This document shows, one piece after another, positions 19,229-28,032 of a DNA stretch of 32,000 bases (position 1 is the first letter of the stretch; each line of letters begins with the position of its first letter). Position numbers and translations under genes: made by a program. Origin of the DNA: Pyrodictium abyssi (GTDB taxonomy: Archaea > Thermoproteota > Thermoprotei_A > Sulfolobales > Pyrodictiaceae); NCBI RefSeq assembly GCF_036323395.1, contig NZ_AP028907.1:1170001-1202000 (forward strand), given 5' to 3'. Under the pieces are notes generated by a model. It searched no databases. It saw only the letters and a list, made by a program, of their open reading frames with translations, and was not told where the DNA came from.

Positions 19229-19369
19229 AAAACCATGAGTGTCGATGCCGGGTTCGATACCGTGAGCTTTCGGCTGTGGAGGGTTCATAGCTGTACTGGT
19301 CTTTGCGGCTCTTAAGTACCCTGCCCGGGAATGTGTGGCGTTGCTGGTGCTCGGGGTCTTTTGCAGTCT

Positions 19370-20116
19370 TTATAGTATGCCTAGTGGGTTGAGCCGCCAG
19401 GTGTAGAGGGCCATGCCTGCTACTGCCTCGTCGTAGCCCATGGCGGCGAGGAGCTCTAGGTCCCGGGGGCCCGCTATGCCCCCGCTGTATGCTAGCCGGG
19501 GTGCGCCGGCCTCCCGGGCCTGCCGGGCTAGCCTGGCTGCGCGGTGGAGGTCTACGCCGCGCTGCTCGCCCTCGTGGAAGACCTGGGTGTAGAATAGCCC
19601 CCAGATGCCGCGGGTGCTTGCTGCCTGCTTCACGGCCTCGGCTAGGGTCATGGGCTCCCTGCTGCGCCACGCGCTTGTGGCGGGTAGCGCGTCCCAGTGC
19701 TCCTCGACGGCTGGGACCAGTACGCCGGGGCCTAGCGCGTCCACGGCCTCCTGGAGGAACTCGGGGCGGCGGAGCCACGCGCTCGCGACCACCAGGCGGT
19801 CGGCGCCCGCGCTGTGGGCCTCTTCTAGGGCGTCTATGCTCCGGAGCCCGCCGCCTAGCTGTATCGTGGCCCCTGTCTCCCTCTTGGCCCACTCCACGAG
19901 CTCTAGGACGCACCTGCTAGGCCTGCCCCTGGCCGCGCCGTCCAGGTCGACTATGTGGAGGACCGTGGCGCCGAGGCTGTGCCAGAGCAGGACGAGGCGC
20001 CGTGGGTCTCCGAGGCGTAGCCCGGTGCCGGGCACGCCCCGGACCAGCTTGACGGCCTCGCAGCCGGCCACGTCTATGCTGGGTACGAGCCGGGGCCTGG
20101 AGAGGAGGCTTGGCAT
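19370..20116 (-). CDS. hisA: Phosphoribosylformimino-5-aminoimidazole carboxamide ribotide isomerase
   Basis: VPSIDVAGCEAVKLVRGVPG, LHIVDLDGAARGRPS, IQLGGGLRSIDALEEAHSAGADRLVVASAW, YSGGIAGPRDL. Start ATG 20116, four codons past a longer ORF start region. Confidence 0.92.
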   Translation of the reverse strand: MPSLLSRPRLVPSIDVAGCEAVKLVRGVPGTGLRLGDPRRLVLLWHSLGATVLHIVDLDGAARGRPSRCVLELVEWAKRETGATIQLGGGLRSIDALEEAHSAGADRLVVASAWLRRPEFLQEAVDALGPGVLVPAVEEHWDALPATSAWRSREPMTLAEAVKQAASTRGIWGLFYTQVFHEGEQRGVDLHRAARLARQAREAGAPRLAYSGGIAGPRDLELLAAMGYDEAVAGMALYTWRLNPLGIL

Positions 20117-20118
20117 GG

Positions 20119-20988
20119 CTAGGGTATCACCCTGTCCACGCTGAGCACTAGTATGTCGCGGGCGCCGCGCCGCCGGGCCTCGACGAGGACGTGGGCTAGC
20201 CTGTCCTCCGGCACCACTGTTATCACCTCCCACATGGGCCGGGGGCCCTCCACCCTGGCTATCGTGGGCCCCGACATCGAGGGGAGCGCCTCTACTACGC
20301 GCTGTAGGGCCTCCTCCGGCACGTTCATGAGTACTAGCTTGTAGCCCCGGGCCCGTAGCACGCTCCTCACAGCCTCGACGATGACCTCTACGAGGGGGTC
20401 CTCTGGGTCTACGTGGCTGCCCCGGATCAGCTTGGCCTCTGTCCGCATGACCTCGGCTACTACGCGTAGCCCGTGCAGCCTAAGTGTGGTCCCGGTCGAG
20501 GATACGTCGAGTATGGCGTCTGCCACGCCGAGCCTGGGCATGGCCTCGGCGGAGCCTGTTATCCTGATTATCCTCGCCCTGACCCCTAGCTTCTCGAAGA
20601 ACCTCCGGGCTATGTTGACGAACTTGGTCGCCACCCGGACCCCGTCGGGGAGGTCTCTTGGGCTCTCCACCGGCGCCTCCTCGGGCACTGCTACCACGAG
20701 GCGGGCGCGGCCGATGCCCAGGCCCTCGACTATCTCCAGGCCCTCGCCGCTGTGCTCCTCTATGTAGTCGAGCCCCGTGATGCCGAGCTCTGCGCCGCCC
20801 GCAGAGACTATCGCCGGTATGTCCTCGGGCCGGACGTAGACCAGGGACACGTTCTCCCAGTTCGTGGGCACTATCAGCGCGCGGGTCGCGTCGGGGCTGT
20901 AGAGGGGCTCTATGCCCGCAGCCTCTAGTAGGCGGAGCACAGGGTCCCTTAGCCGGCCCTTGCTGGGAACCGCTATCCTCACACCCAC
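20119..20988 (-). CDS. hisG: ATP phosphoribosyltransferase (long form with C-terminal ACT-like regulatory domain)
   Basis: RIAVPSKGRLRDPVLRLLEAAG, GITGLDYIEE, ATKFVNIARRFFEKLG, ADAILDVSSTGTTLRLHGL. 289 aa suggests the HisG_C-containing form. Confidence 0.94.
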   Translation of the reverse strand: MGVRIAVPSKGRLRDPVLRLLEAAGIEPLYSPDATRALIVPTNWENVSLVYVRPEDIPAIVSAGGAELGITGLDYIEEHSGEGLEIVEGLGIGRARLVVAVPEEAPVESPRDLPDGVRVATKFVNIARRFFEKLGVRARIIRITGSAEAMPRLGVADAILDVSSTGTTLRLHGLRVVAEVMRTEAKLIRGSHVDPEDPLVEVIVEAVRSVLRARGYKLVLMNVPEEALQRVVEALPSMSGPTIARVEGPRPMWEVITVVPEDRLAHVLVEARRRGARDILVLSVDRVIP

Positions 20989-21355
20989 TCCGCGCTCACC
21001 TCCCTAGGAGCCCTCCCCGGTGGACTGCTGGGGGCGAGAACCGGTCTACGCGTAGGCCAGGGCTCTGCTCCAGCCCCGCGCGGCGCCCGCTGGCCCGGGA
21101 GAACGGGGCGGCATGCCGGGCGACCGGGCTCTACTCCTCTACGCCTGGAGGTGAACCCGGTTCATCTCCAGCCCCTCCTCCCTCCACGTGAATGGGCTAG
21201 CCTTCCCACCAGGGTTTTAAACATAGGGCCCCGGCCCTGGGTGCAATAACGCATAGTGTAGGCGGCTACGCCATATTTTACCCTAGCAGCTCTCACAAGG
21301 TCGCTACGACGCGTAGAGGAGAGCCTAGCGGCTACGCCTGGTGGTGGACTAGGCC

Positions 21356-21802
21356 TTGGAGGGCCGCGAGGATAGGGAGCTAGAGAAGCTGATAGAGGAC
21401 ATGGTGCGGAGGATAGTCTCTCGCCCGGCCGTAGAGGAGCCTGAGGGCGGGGACGAGGAGCAGCCGGTGCGGCTCGTGCTGGACGACCGTGAGCTGGAGA
21501 AGCGTATCTGCAGCAAGCCGGTGGCGGTAGTGCTGTTCACGAGCCCTGGGTGCCCGGCTTGCCACGCCTACCGGCCGATATTCTACAGCTACGCTGACCG
21601 GGCACGCCGCAGGCACCGGGGCAAGGTGGAGTTCATCGAGGCCGACGTCTACCACGTGTACGACAAGGCGGTGGAGCTCGGCATATCCGCTACGCCTACT
21701 ACCGTAGTGTTCCGGCGCTGCCGCCCCGTAGACGGTTTCGTTGGCATGGTGGACGAGGAGACCCTGGCCGAGATAGTCGAGCCCCACCTGGCCAGCGCCT
21801 AG
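21356..21802 (+). CDS. Thioredoxin-like protein
   Basis: VVLFTSPGCPACHAYRPIFYSYADRA (CPAC redox motif), SATPTTVVFR (cis-Pro), VGMVDEETLAEIV. Confidence 0.88.
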   Translation: MEGREDRELEKLIEDMVRRIVSRPAVEEPEGGDEEQPVRLVLDDRELEKRICSKPVAVVLFTSPGCPACHAYRPIFYSYADRARRRHRGKVEFIEADVYHVYDKAVELGISATPTTVVFRRCRPVDGFVGMVDEETLAEIVEPHLASA

Positions 21803-22527
21803 AGCCCTGGCATCCTTCTCTTCATGCCCGGCTTAGTGAGGTATATCAGGGCGTCTACCTGGTCTACGCCGCTGGTTTCGCGCCACTCCTCCCCGACCAC
21901 CGCTATGGCGGCTACGGCCTCTATCCTGGCGCGCGCTTCCTCGACCAGCATGCGGAGAGCGCGGAGCGTGCGCCCCGTCTCCACTATGTCGTCTACTATG
22001 AGCACGCTGTCGCTCCGGCCTAGCGCGCCCCGGGGTATACAGAAGCTGGGCTCCCCGGGGCTACATTGCTCCTCCTCGGGTAGCCCGAGGCGCCGGCGCG
22101 CCACGGTGAAGGGCGTCTCGAGGGCTAGGCTTAGGCTGGCGGCGAGGGGTATACCCGAGGCCTCGGGGACGAGTATCCTTGTTATCCTCTTGCCCTGGAG
22201 TCGGCGGGCGTAGTAGAGCGTGACGAGGAGCAGGTACAGCGGCTCGGTGAGCACCACGCTCGTGTCTAGGACGCCCCCGGTCTCGGCCATCCTCTCGGCT
22301 AGGGCGCGGCGCGGGTCAGCGAGCCTCCAGAGCCCCTCGAGGATCTCCACGGCCTTCTCGGGGCTGGGGAGGCTCTTCCCGGTCACGTAGCGGGATAGGA
22401 GGGGCGCGGGCACCCCGGTGGCCCGGGATAGCTCCCGGTAGCTGTACTTCCTCTTGGCTAGCCGGAGGGCCGCGGCGACGTTGAGGGATAGCCGGGCCCT
22501 CTCTAGCCTCTCCGAGCCGCCTGCCAT
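21799..22527 (-). CDS. HTH-PRTase transcriptional regulator (GfcR-like family)
   Basis: N-terminal YSYRELSRATGVPAPLLSRYVTGKSLPS HTH; C-terminal PRTase motif SVLIVDDIVETGRTLRAL. Confidence 0.87.
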   Translation of the reverse strand: MAGGSERLERARLSLNVAAALRLAKRKYSYRELSRATGVPAPLLSRYVTGKSLPSPEKAVEILEGLWRLADPRRALAERMAETGGVLDTSVVLTEPLYLLLVTLYYARRLQGKRITRILVPEASGIPLAASLSLALETPFTVARRRLGLPEEEQCSPGEPSFCIPRGALGRSDSVLIVDDIVETGRTLRALRMLVEEARARIEAVAAIAVVGEEWRETSGVDQVDALIYLTKPGMKRRMPGL

Positions 22528-22609
22528 GCTGCCAGCGCACCACCGCCGCGATGACGCGTTGTTAAACAGGCTGATTGAACAACCCGGGTGGTACTCGTTG
22601 AAGAACCCG

Positions 22610-22618
22610 CTTATAAAC
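22610..22618 (+). promoter_or_regulatory. Candidate TATA box for the BMP-family gene
   Basis: CTTATAAAC about 40 nt upstream of the GTG start at 22656. Confidence 0.5.
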
Positions 22619-22655
22619 AGTAAACCGGGCCGCCGCCCGGCATGGGAGTTGAGTC

Positions 22656-24008
22656 GTGGCCTCTAGGCGCGAGTTCATTAAGATACTCGGAGCGGGCGTA
22701 GCCGGCCTAGTCGTGGGCGCAGGCCTAGGCTACAGCCTACGCGGCTCCCCGCAGCCCCGGGAGACCACCACTAGCCCTGCCCAGGCCGGGGGCCAGGCCC
22801 CGGCCGCCTCGGGCGGGGCCCGCAAGGTGAAGGCGCTCTGGGTCTACGTGGGCCCGATAGGCGACTATGGCTGGACCCACGCCCATAACCAGGGCCGGGT
22901 GAACGCGGAGAAGGCGCTCAAGGGCCTCGTGGAGACAAAGTACCTGGAGAAGGTGGCCGAGGACCAGGCCTACCCCGCGATAAAGCAAGCTCTCGAGCAG
23001 GAGCACTTCGACGCGGTGTTCGCCACCAGCTTCGGCTTCATGGACGCCGTGAAGAGGCTGGCCAAGGAGTACCCAGACGTGATGTTCTACCACTGTAGCG
23101 GCCCCTGGGAGGCCTTCAAGGACCTGCCCAACGTAGCCACCTACTTCTCCGAGTTCTACCAGCTATACTACCTCAACGGCATAGCCGCCGGCGCCGTGAC
23201 AGAGACCTGCAGGGTAGGCTACGTGCCCGCCTTCCTGATACCAGAGGTAGTGCGCCACATAAACGCCTACGCCCTAGGCGCGGTCCACGGAGCCAAGCTC
23301 ATGGGCAAGTGCGGTGGCGGCGAGAACCTCGAGATCTACGTCACAGCGCCGCTACGCAGCTGGTTCAACCCAGACAAGGCCCGCCAGTACGCAGAGACCC
23401 TCATCAACCAGTACAAGGTGGACGTCATAGCCTTCACAGAGGACTCCACCGCCGTGCTCGAGACAGCGGCCGAGTACGGCGTGTACAGCTTCAGCCACTA
23501 CAGCAACATGCTAGACTACTTCACCCACGGCAAGGGCGCCGAGAGCGAGATAGCCAAGAAGATAGCCAAGGCGCACCTAACCGGCCAGGTGGCCGACTGG
23601 ACACCGATATACGTCTACCTCCTAGCCAAGAAGATAACCGGCGTAGCCGAGAAGGAGGACATCTGGGCCAGGATAGGCGACTTCGTCCCGATACGCTGGA
23701 GAAGGCCCGTCAACGAGTCCACGGCCGGCAAGCCCGAGGGCGCAGCCTACCTAGCACCGCTAAACACCGAGGTCATACCAGCCAAGGCCGTGGAGGAGAT
23801 CAAGAGGCTCTACGAGGACATGAAGGAGCTGCTATTCGAGCCCTTCACCGGCCCGATACGCGGCTACACGATAGACCCTGCTAGCGGTAAGCAGGTCGGC
23901 GACGTAGAGGAGAAGGTGCCGGCTGGCGTCCGCTGGGGCCGCAACGAGCTCTGGAGCGAGAAGACGATGAACTGGTTCTACGAGAAGATAATAACCCTAG
24001 GCGGCTGA
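22656..24008 (+). CDS. BMP/PnrA-family substrate-binding protein with Tat-type leader
   Basis: MASRREFIKILGAGVAGLVVGAG (SRREFIK twin-arginine motif); VYVGPIGDYGWTHAHNQGR, EQEHFDAVFATSFGFMDAVKRLAKEYPDVMFYHCSG. Confidence 0.9.
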   Translation: MASRREFIKILGAGVAGLVVGAGLGYSLRGSPQPRETTTSPAQAGGQAPAASGGARKVKALWVYVGPIGDYGWTHAHNQGRVNAEKALKGLVETKYLEKVAEDQAYPAIKQALEQEHFDAVFATSFGFMDAVKRLAKEYPDVMFYHCSGPWEAFKDLPNVATYFSEFYQLYYLNGIAAGAVTETCRVGYVPAFLIPEVVRHINAYALGAVHGAKLMGKCGGGENLEIYVTAPLRSWFNPDKARQYAETLINQYKVDVIAFTEDSTAVLETAAEYGVYSFSHYSNMLDYFTHGKGAESEIAKKIAKAHLTGQVADWTPIYVYLLAKKITGVAEKEDIWARIGDFVPIRWRRPVNESTAGKPEGAAYLAPLNTEVIPAKAVEEIKRLYEDMKELLFEPFTGPIRGYTIDPASGKQVGDVEEKVPAGVRWGRNELWSEKTMNWFYEKIITLGG

Positions 24009-24088
24009 CGATCCGGCGCTCTTCATCCGAGTAGGTAATAAGGGCGGCCTGCTCTATCTTTTCTCTTTAACTTGGTGTAGGCTCTGCC

Positions 24089-24970
24089 TTGGCCGGAGAC
24101 CCTATAGGCAACATGATATTCTTCCTGTTCTGGCTCCTCCTGCTCTTCAGCATAATGGAGCCGATAATCAGCCTCCGCCGGCTACAGGCAGCGAGGCTGG
24201 CGCTGATACGCCGGATGGAGCAGAAGTACGGCTGGCGAGTAGTCACGCTCATACACCGCGAGGAGAGGGTAACCTTCTTCGGTATCCCGATACAGCGGTT
24301 CATAGACATCGACGACTCCGAGGCAGTACTGAGGGCGATAAGGACGACGCCCCCGGATAAGCCGATAGCACTGATACTCCACACGCCGGGCGGCCTAGTG
24401 CTAGCGGCGAGCCAGATAGCTAGGGCGCTGAAGAGGCACCCAGGCAAGAAGATAGTCATAGTGCCACACTACGCTATGAGCGGCGGCACCCTCATCGCGC
24501 TAGCTGCGGACGAGATACTCATGGACCCCAATGCTGTGCTCGGCCCGCTAGACCCCCAGCTCTCCCTAGGCCCCCAGGGCCCAGTAGTGCCAGCCCCGAG
24601 CATACTCAAGGTAGCCAAGATGAAGGGCGAGAAGGCCAGCGACACGACGCTGATAATAGCGGACATAGCGGAGAAGGCTATCATGGAGATGCAGGAGGTC
24701 ATAACAGAGCTGCTCCGCGACAAGATGGGCGAAGAGAAGGCCCGCGAAGTGGCCAGGATCCTCACCGAGGGCAGGTGGACTCACGACTACCCGATAACCG
24801 TGGAGAAGGCCCGGGAGCTAGGCCTACCAGTGAAGACCGAGGTGCCCCCGGAGGTGTACGAACTCATGGCCCTGTACCCCCAGGCGCCGCACAACAGGCC
24901 TGGCGTAGAGTTCATCCCCCAGCCGCTGCCACAGCAGCCAGTCCGCCGCGGCCAGGGAGCCTCCAACTAG
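24089..24970 (+). CDS. SDH-type Clp-fold serine protease, membrane-anchored
   Basis: N-terminal TM NMIFFLFWLLLLFSIMEPII; ALILHTPGGLVLAASQIARAL; IVPHYAMSGGTLIALAADEILMDPNAVLGPLDPQ. Confidence 0.88.
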   Translation: MAGDPIGNMIFFLFWLLLLFSIMEPIISLRRLQAARLALIRRMEQKYGWRVVTLIHREERVTFFGIPIQRFIDIDDSEAVLRAIRTTPPDKPIALILHTPGGLVLAASQIARALKRHPGKKIVIVPHYAMSGGTLIALAADEILMDPNAVLGPLDPQLSLGPQGPVVPAPSILKVAKMKGEKASDTTLIIADIAEKAIMEMQEVITELLRDKMGEEKAREVARILTEGRWTHDYPITVEKARELGLPVKTEVPPEVYELMALYPQAPHNRPGVEFIPQPLPQQPVRRGQGASN

Positions 24971-25052
24971 CCGCCGCACCTGGGTTTGTTTCCGGCTTCT
25001 CCCTTCTCCCGGTCGTTCTCCCTAACGCTTAGGAGTACTCGAGGCCGCTGGC

Positions 25053-26062
25053 GTGCTGAAGGCGGACAAGGTCGACGCGGGGGCCCTTAAGAGGCTCTGG
25101 AACCGGCTGGGCTTCCACGAGTACGGGCCGCCCTACGAGGCTAAGCGCGTCCTCGTGGAGCCGGGGCGCGGGAAGAGGCTCGAGGATATAGGCAGGTGCG
25201 ACCCGTCGAGAAGTTCCAGCCGGGCTGCATAGACTACGCTGAGGACGCGGTGGTCGTCGACCTGGTTAAGGCAGGGAAGAGGCAGAGCGTGGTCGCCAGG
25301 GTTATCGAGAAGAGGCTCCGCGACGCCCTAGCCGAGAAGGATCCCCGTGGCTCCTTGAGGCGGTAGAGGAGTACCGTGGCTATAAGGAGTCGTGGGGCGA
25401 GAAGCCGCTACTACTCCGCGACCTCGCCTCGGGCCTACTCGCTAGCGAGGCGGTGGCCATAGTCTACCCGCCCCGCCGTGGCTTCGGGCTGCTGGGGAAG
25501 AGGCCCCACCGCTGTGTGTGGAGGCTCTACAGCTCCAGGCTGAGGGCCAGGGTTGGGCGGGGACGGCCGTGTCCGCGTATACCGGGACACGGCGCTCGTG
25601 CAGCTAGACTCCCCGGTGGCGGGCGAGTACCAGGACTACACCTACGGGCTCCTCGTGGAGGGGCTCCACGGCTCGTCCCCGGAGCTCATAAGGCTCGGCC
25701 TAGCCACGCTCTGCGTCTACCTGAGGAGGGCCCACGGTGTCCCCCTGGGGCTCCTCAAGTACAGCGTCTACGCGCTCGGCGAGAAGAGGCTGATAGAGAT
25801 CCACGAGGAGGCTGCTGCCGGCCTACTGGTGCAGCTAGACTGGGCCCAGGTCTCCCGCGGCCTACAGGGCTACCGCCCAGGCGACCTGGACGAGATACTG
25901 CTGCTAGAGCTGGACGAGTACGCCTACCAGGCCCTAGAGAGCCTCGGCTTCGACTGGCAGCGCGCAGCCGCGGAGGCAGCGCGTATAGCCGATACGCTGG
26001 CCGGTAGGCAGAGGGTCGAAGTAGCCCTAGCAGGCCGTAGGATACGGGTGTCTAAGCCATAG
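25053..26062 (+). pseudogene. Hypothetical gene with coding signal split over three frames
   Basis: Segments: VLKADKVDAGALKRLWNRLGFHEYGPPYEAKRVLVEPGRGKRLEDIG (frame of 25053), VRPVEKFQPGCIDYAEDAVVVDLVKAGKRQSVVARVIEKRLRDALAEKD, LEAVEEYRGYKESWGEKPLLLRDLASGLLASEAVAIVYPPRRGFGLLGKRPHRCVWRLYSSRLRARVG (frame of 25453), then 25553..26062. Confidence 0.55.
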
Positions 26063-26104
26063 AGGAGCCACGAAATCGGAAGCATAGCAGCCGTCGCGCA
26101 CCCG

Positions 26105-26635
26105 GTGGAGGTCGAGGGCCTCCAGGCAAAGCTCCTCCTAGCCGCCGTGGCCTACTACGACGGCTCGGACACGCTCTTCGCCGTGGACCTGGTCTTCCCG
26201 GGGCAGAGGAGGCCCCCGGACACGCTCCTAGAGCTGGAGATGAGGGTTCTATCCGACGTCGAGTACGAGGGGATGAGGCTGGCGGCCTTCGACCCCCGCG
26301 TCGAGGCCGCGGAGCTCCAGCGGGCTGGGCTACGCATGCTCTCCCGCATCGTAGAGTCCAGGGTCGTCAACGTCTCCAGGGAGCTAGAGACGCGGCTAGG
26401 CATCCGGGTAGAGGACCCAGCATGGCTCGCCGAGCACATACGCGTCGAGGACCAGGCCTGGGCAGAGCAGCCCAGCCCCGAGGACCTCCAGAAGGTGCTC
26501 GAAGCACTAGGCCAGAAGCTACGAGGCGCCCGCCCACCAGCATGGCTCGAAGACAGGCTCCGAAGGCTACTAACCGGCTTCGCCAGGGCAGTCTACCTAG
26601 CCCTACTAGCAGCCGAAGCCACGCAGCAGGGCTAG
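26105..26635 (+). CDS. Hypothetical protein
   Basis: 176-aa ORF with charged, helix-prone composition typical of the GC-rich coding genes here; no family recognised. Confidence 0.6.
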   Translation: MEVEGLQAKLLLAAVAYYDGSDTLFAVDLVFPGQRRPPDTLLELEMRVLSDVEYEGMRLAAFDPRVEAAELQRAGLRMLSRIVESRVVNVSRELETRLGIRVEDPAWLAEHIRVEDQAWAEQPSPEDLQKVLEALGQKLRGARPPAWLEDRLRRLLTGFARAVYLALLAAEATQQG

Positions 26636-26724
26636 CCTTGTGCCCCCGCACGCCACGAGCCACGCCGTGGTTATGGGGCAGAGCGCCGGCGCATGGCCGC
26701 GCATCTACCGCTACCAGGGCCGGG

Positions 26725-27138
26725 TCATAGCACTAGTATGGTGTTTATGCCTAGCTTCTCCGCCGCTTCTGCTTGCTTTCTGTCGCATGTAAGGAGCCTA
26801 GCCCGGTGGCTAGCCGCCTGTGCGACGTATAGCGCGTCGTACACGGTCAACCCCGTGTCAATGGCTATTTCAAGCGCTTTTTCGAGATAGGCTTCCTCGT
26901 CCTCGACGGTGATTACTCTACCCTCTACAAGCCTCGTGAGCACCCTGTACTTCTCCAGGGCTACCGTCCTGCTTATAACCCGGTGGATAACAGCCGCCTT
27001 CCATACAGCGTTCAGCGTCTCCTTGAGCGCATGGTCCAGCGTAACACTCCTCTCCGCCACCAGGTACCTAGCGATACCTCTCCAACCCTCCTCCTTTAGG
27101 ACGTACTTGGCCAGCGCCGAGGCATCAACTACTATCAC
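26725..27138 (-). CDS. vapC: PIN-domain toxin VapC-like
   Basis: MIVVDASALAKYVLKEEGW...ETLNAVWKA...TGLTVYDALYVAQAASHRARLLTCDRK. Confidence 0.9.
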   Translation of the reverse strand: MIVVDASALAKYVLKEEGWRGIARYLVAERSVTLDHALKETLNAVWKAAVIHRVISRTVALEKYRVLTRLVEGRVITVEDEEAYLEKALEIAIDTGLTVYDALYVAQAASHRARLLTCDRKQAEAAEKLGINTILVL

Positions 27139-27355
27139 GGTCCTCCCTCACAGATCTAGCTGCGAAGCCCCTAGGTAGCTCTGGATGATTCTTCATCATC
27201 TCCTCTATCTCGCGGATAGCCTTTAGCCTCTCATAGTACTCTACCCGCTCCTCGAGGAACCTTACTATCTCGCTCCTCCAGTCCACAGTGTCCTTTAGCG
27301 CCTCAAGCCTCTTCTTAAGCTCCCGGGGTACCCGTATACTTAGTACCTCGCTCAC
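27125..27355 (-). CDS. vapB: VapB-like ribbon-helix-helix antitoxin
   Basis: VSEVLSIRVPRELKKRLEALKDTVDWRSEIVRFLEERVE; overlaps the vapC start. GTG start at 27355 preferred over the long ORF to 27622, which runs antisense into mobB. Confidence 0.8.
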   Translation of the reverse strand: MSEVLSIRVPRELKKRLEALKDTVDWRSEIVRFLEERVEYYERLKAIREIEEMMKNHPELPRGFAARSVREDRDSS

Positions 27356-27427
27356 ACCGTACACCGTGTATCCACGTACACCGTAGACCGTAATAATAGC
27401 GCTACCGTATACCGTTACGCCTCGCCT
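27356..27427. repeat. Three tandem 24-bp units with core ACCGTANACCGT, candidate vapB operator array
   Basis: ACCGT at 27356, 27363, 27380, 27387, 27404 and 27411 (spacings 7/17/7/17/7). Units: accgtacaccgtgtatccacgtac / accgtagaccgtaataatagcgct / accgtataccgttacgcctcgcct. Confidence 0.75.
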
Positions 27428-27499
27428 CCGAGTTGCAGAGGCGAGGCCTTCTTTGACCCTCCGCCGTGCTCTCTGGGCGCCTAGGGGCTGTACCTGGGC

Positions 27500-27985
27500 T
27501 TGCAGCTCGTACTCGTGACCGGGTCCGGCAGCAAGGTTGGGAAGACCACGCTCGGGACGATGCTTGTCGGGAAGCTGGCCAGGCGGGGCCAGCGCGTAGC
27601 CGTGGTAAAGCACGTGCACCACGGGGTGGACTACCGGGTCAAGGACACAGGGCGCTACCTGGGAGCCGGCGCCCTGCGGGTCGCCGCACTAGGCCCCGGA
27701 GAGTACATGGTGGTCGAGAAGAGGCGCATAGGCCTCTGGGAGGCCCTCAGCCTACTAGGCGGCGCCGACGTGGTGGTCGTGGAAGGGTTCCGGGAGCAGC
27801 TAGGCGAGGTCCTCGGCCGCGGCGGCTGCGCCGTCTACATAGCCCGCGAGCCCGGCGAGGAGCCGCCGGTACGCAGCGAGAAGCTAGTAGTAACGGATAG
27901 CAGCGAGCTAGAACGTGCTCTCAGGACAGTGCTAGAGCTGCTAGATAGGGGGCTCTGCCAAGCTAACTGGCAACAGAGCCCCTAG
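27500..27985 (+). CDS. mobB: Molybdopterin-guanine dinucleotide biosynthesis protein MobB
   Basis: VLVTGSGSKVGKTTLGTMLVGKLARRGQRVAVVKHVHHGVDYRVKDTGRYLGAGALRVAA...ADVVVVEGFRE. Confidence 0.88.
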   Translation: MQLVLVTGSGSKVGKTTLGTMLVGKLARRGQRVAVVKHVHHGVDYRVKDTGRYLGAGALRVAALGPGEYMVVEKRRIGLWEALSLLGGADVVVVEGFREQLGEVLGRGGCAVYIAREPGEEPPVRSEKLVVTDSSELERALRTVLELLDRGLCQANWQQSP

Positions 27986-28032
27986 GAGGATGTTACGAAT
28001 CCGGCAGCATTTCCTAGAGTAATTCTCCAGGG

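Larger units (their letters stand above)
9600..19240. other. Putative genomic (defence) island inserted between hisB and hisA
   Basis: By eye the region is much more AT-rich than the flanking his genes, has mostly non-housekeeping proteins, a truncated ATPase, tandem paralogues and a nuclease/ATPase gene set. No integrase or tRNA was recognised. Confidence 0.6.

Noticed and set aside
19240-19290. GGGTTCGATACC resembling a tRNA T-loop
   Set aside because: Flanking bases do not form a T-stem and no acceptor or anticodon stem could be drawn.
19227-19913. 228-aa minus-strand ORF inside the hisA region
   Set aside because: Low-complexity Arg/Pro/Gly-rich translation in a shadow frame of hisA; typical artefact of GC-rich coding DNA.
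27356-27427. Possible CRISPR-like array
   Set aside because: Units are 24 bp in total with a 12-bp core and 12-bp remainder, far too short for repeat-spacer architecture. Better explained as an operator or peptide-coding repeat.
27125-27622. Long 165-aa version of VapB
   Set aside because: The N-terminal 86-89 residues run antisense into mobB and are low complexity; a GTG at 27355 gives a normal-sized RHH antitoxin.
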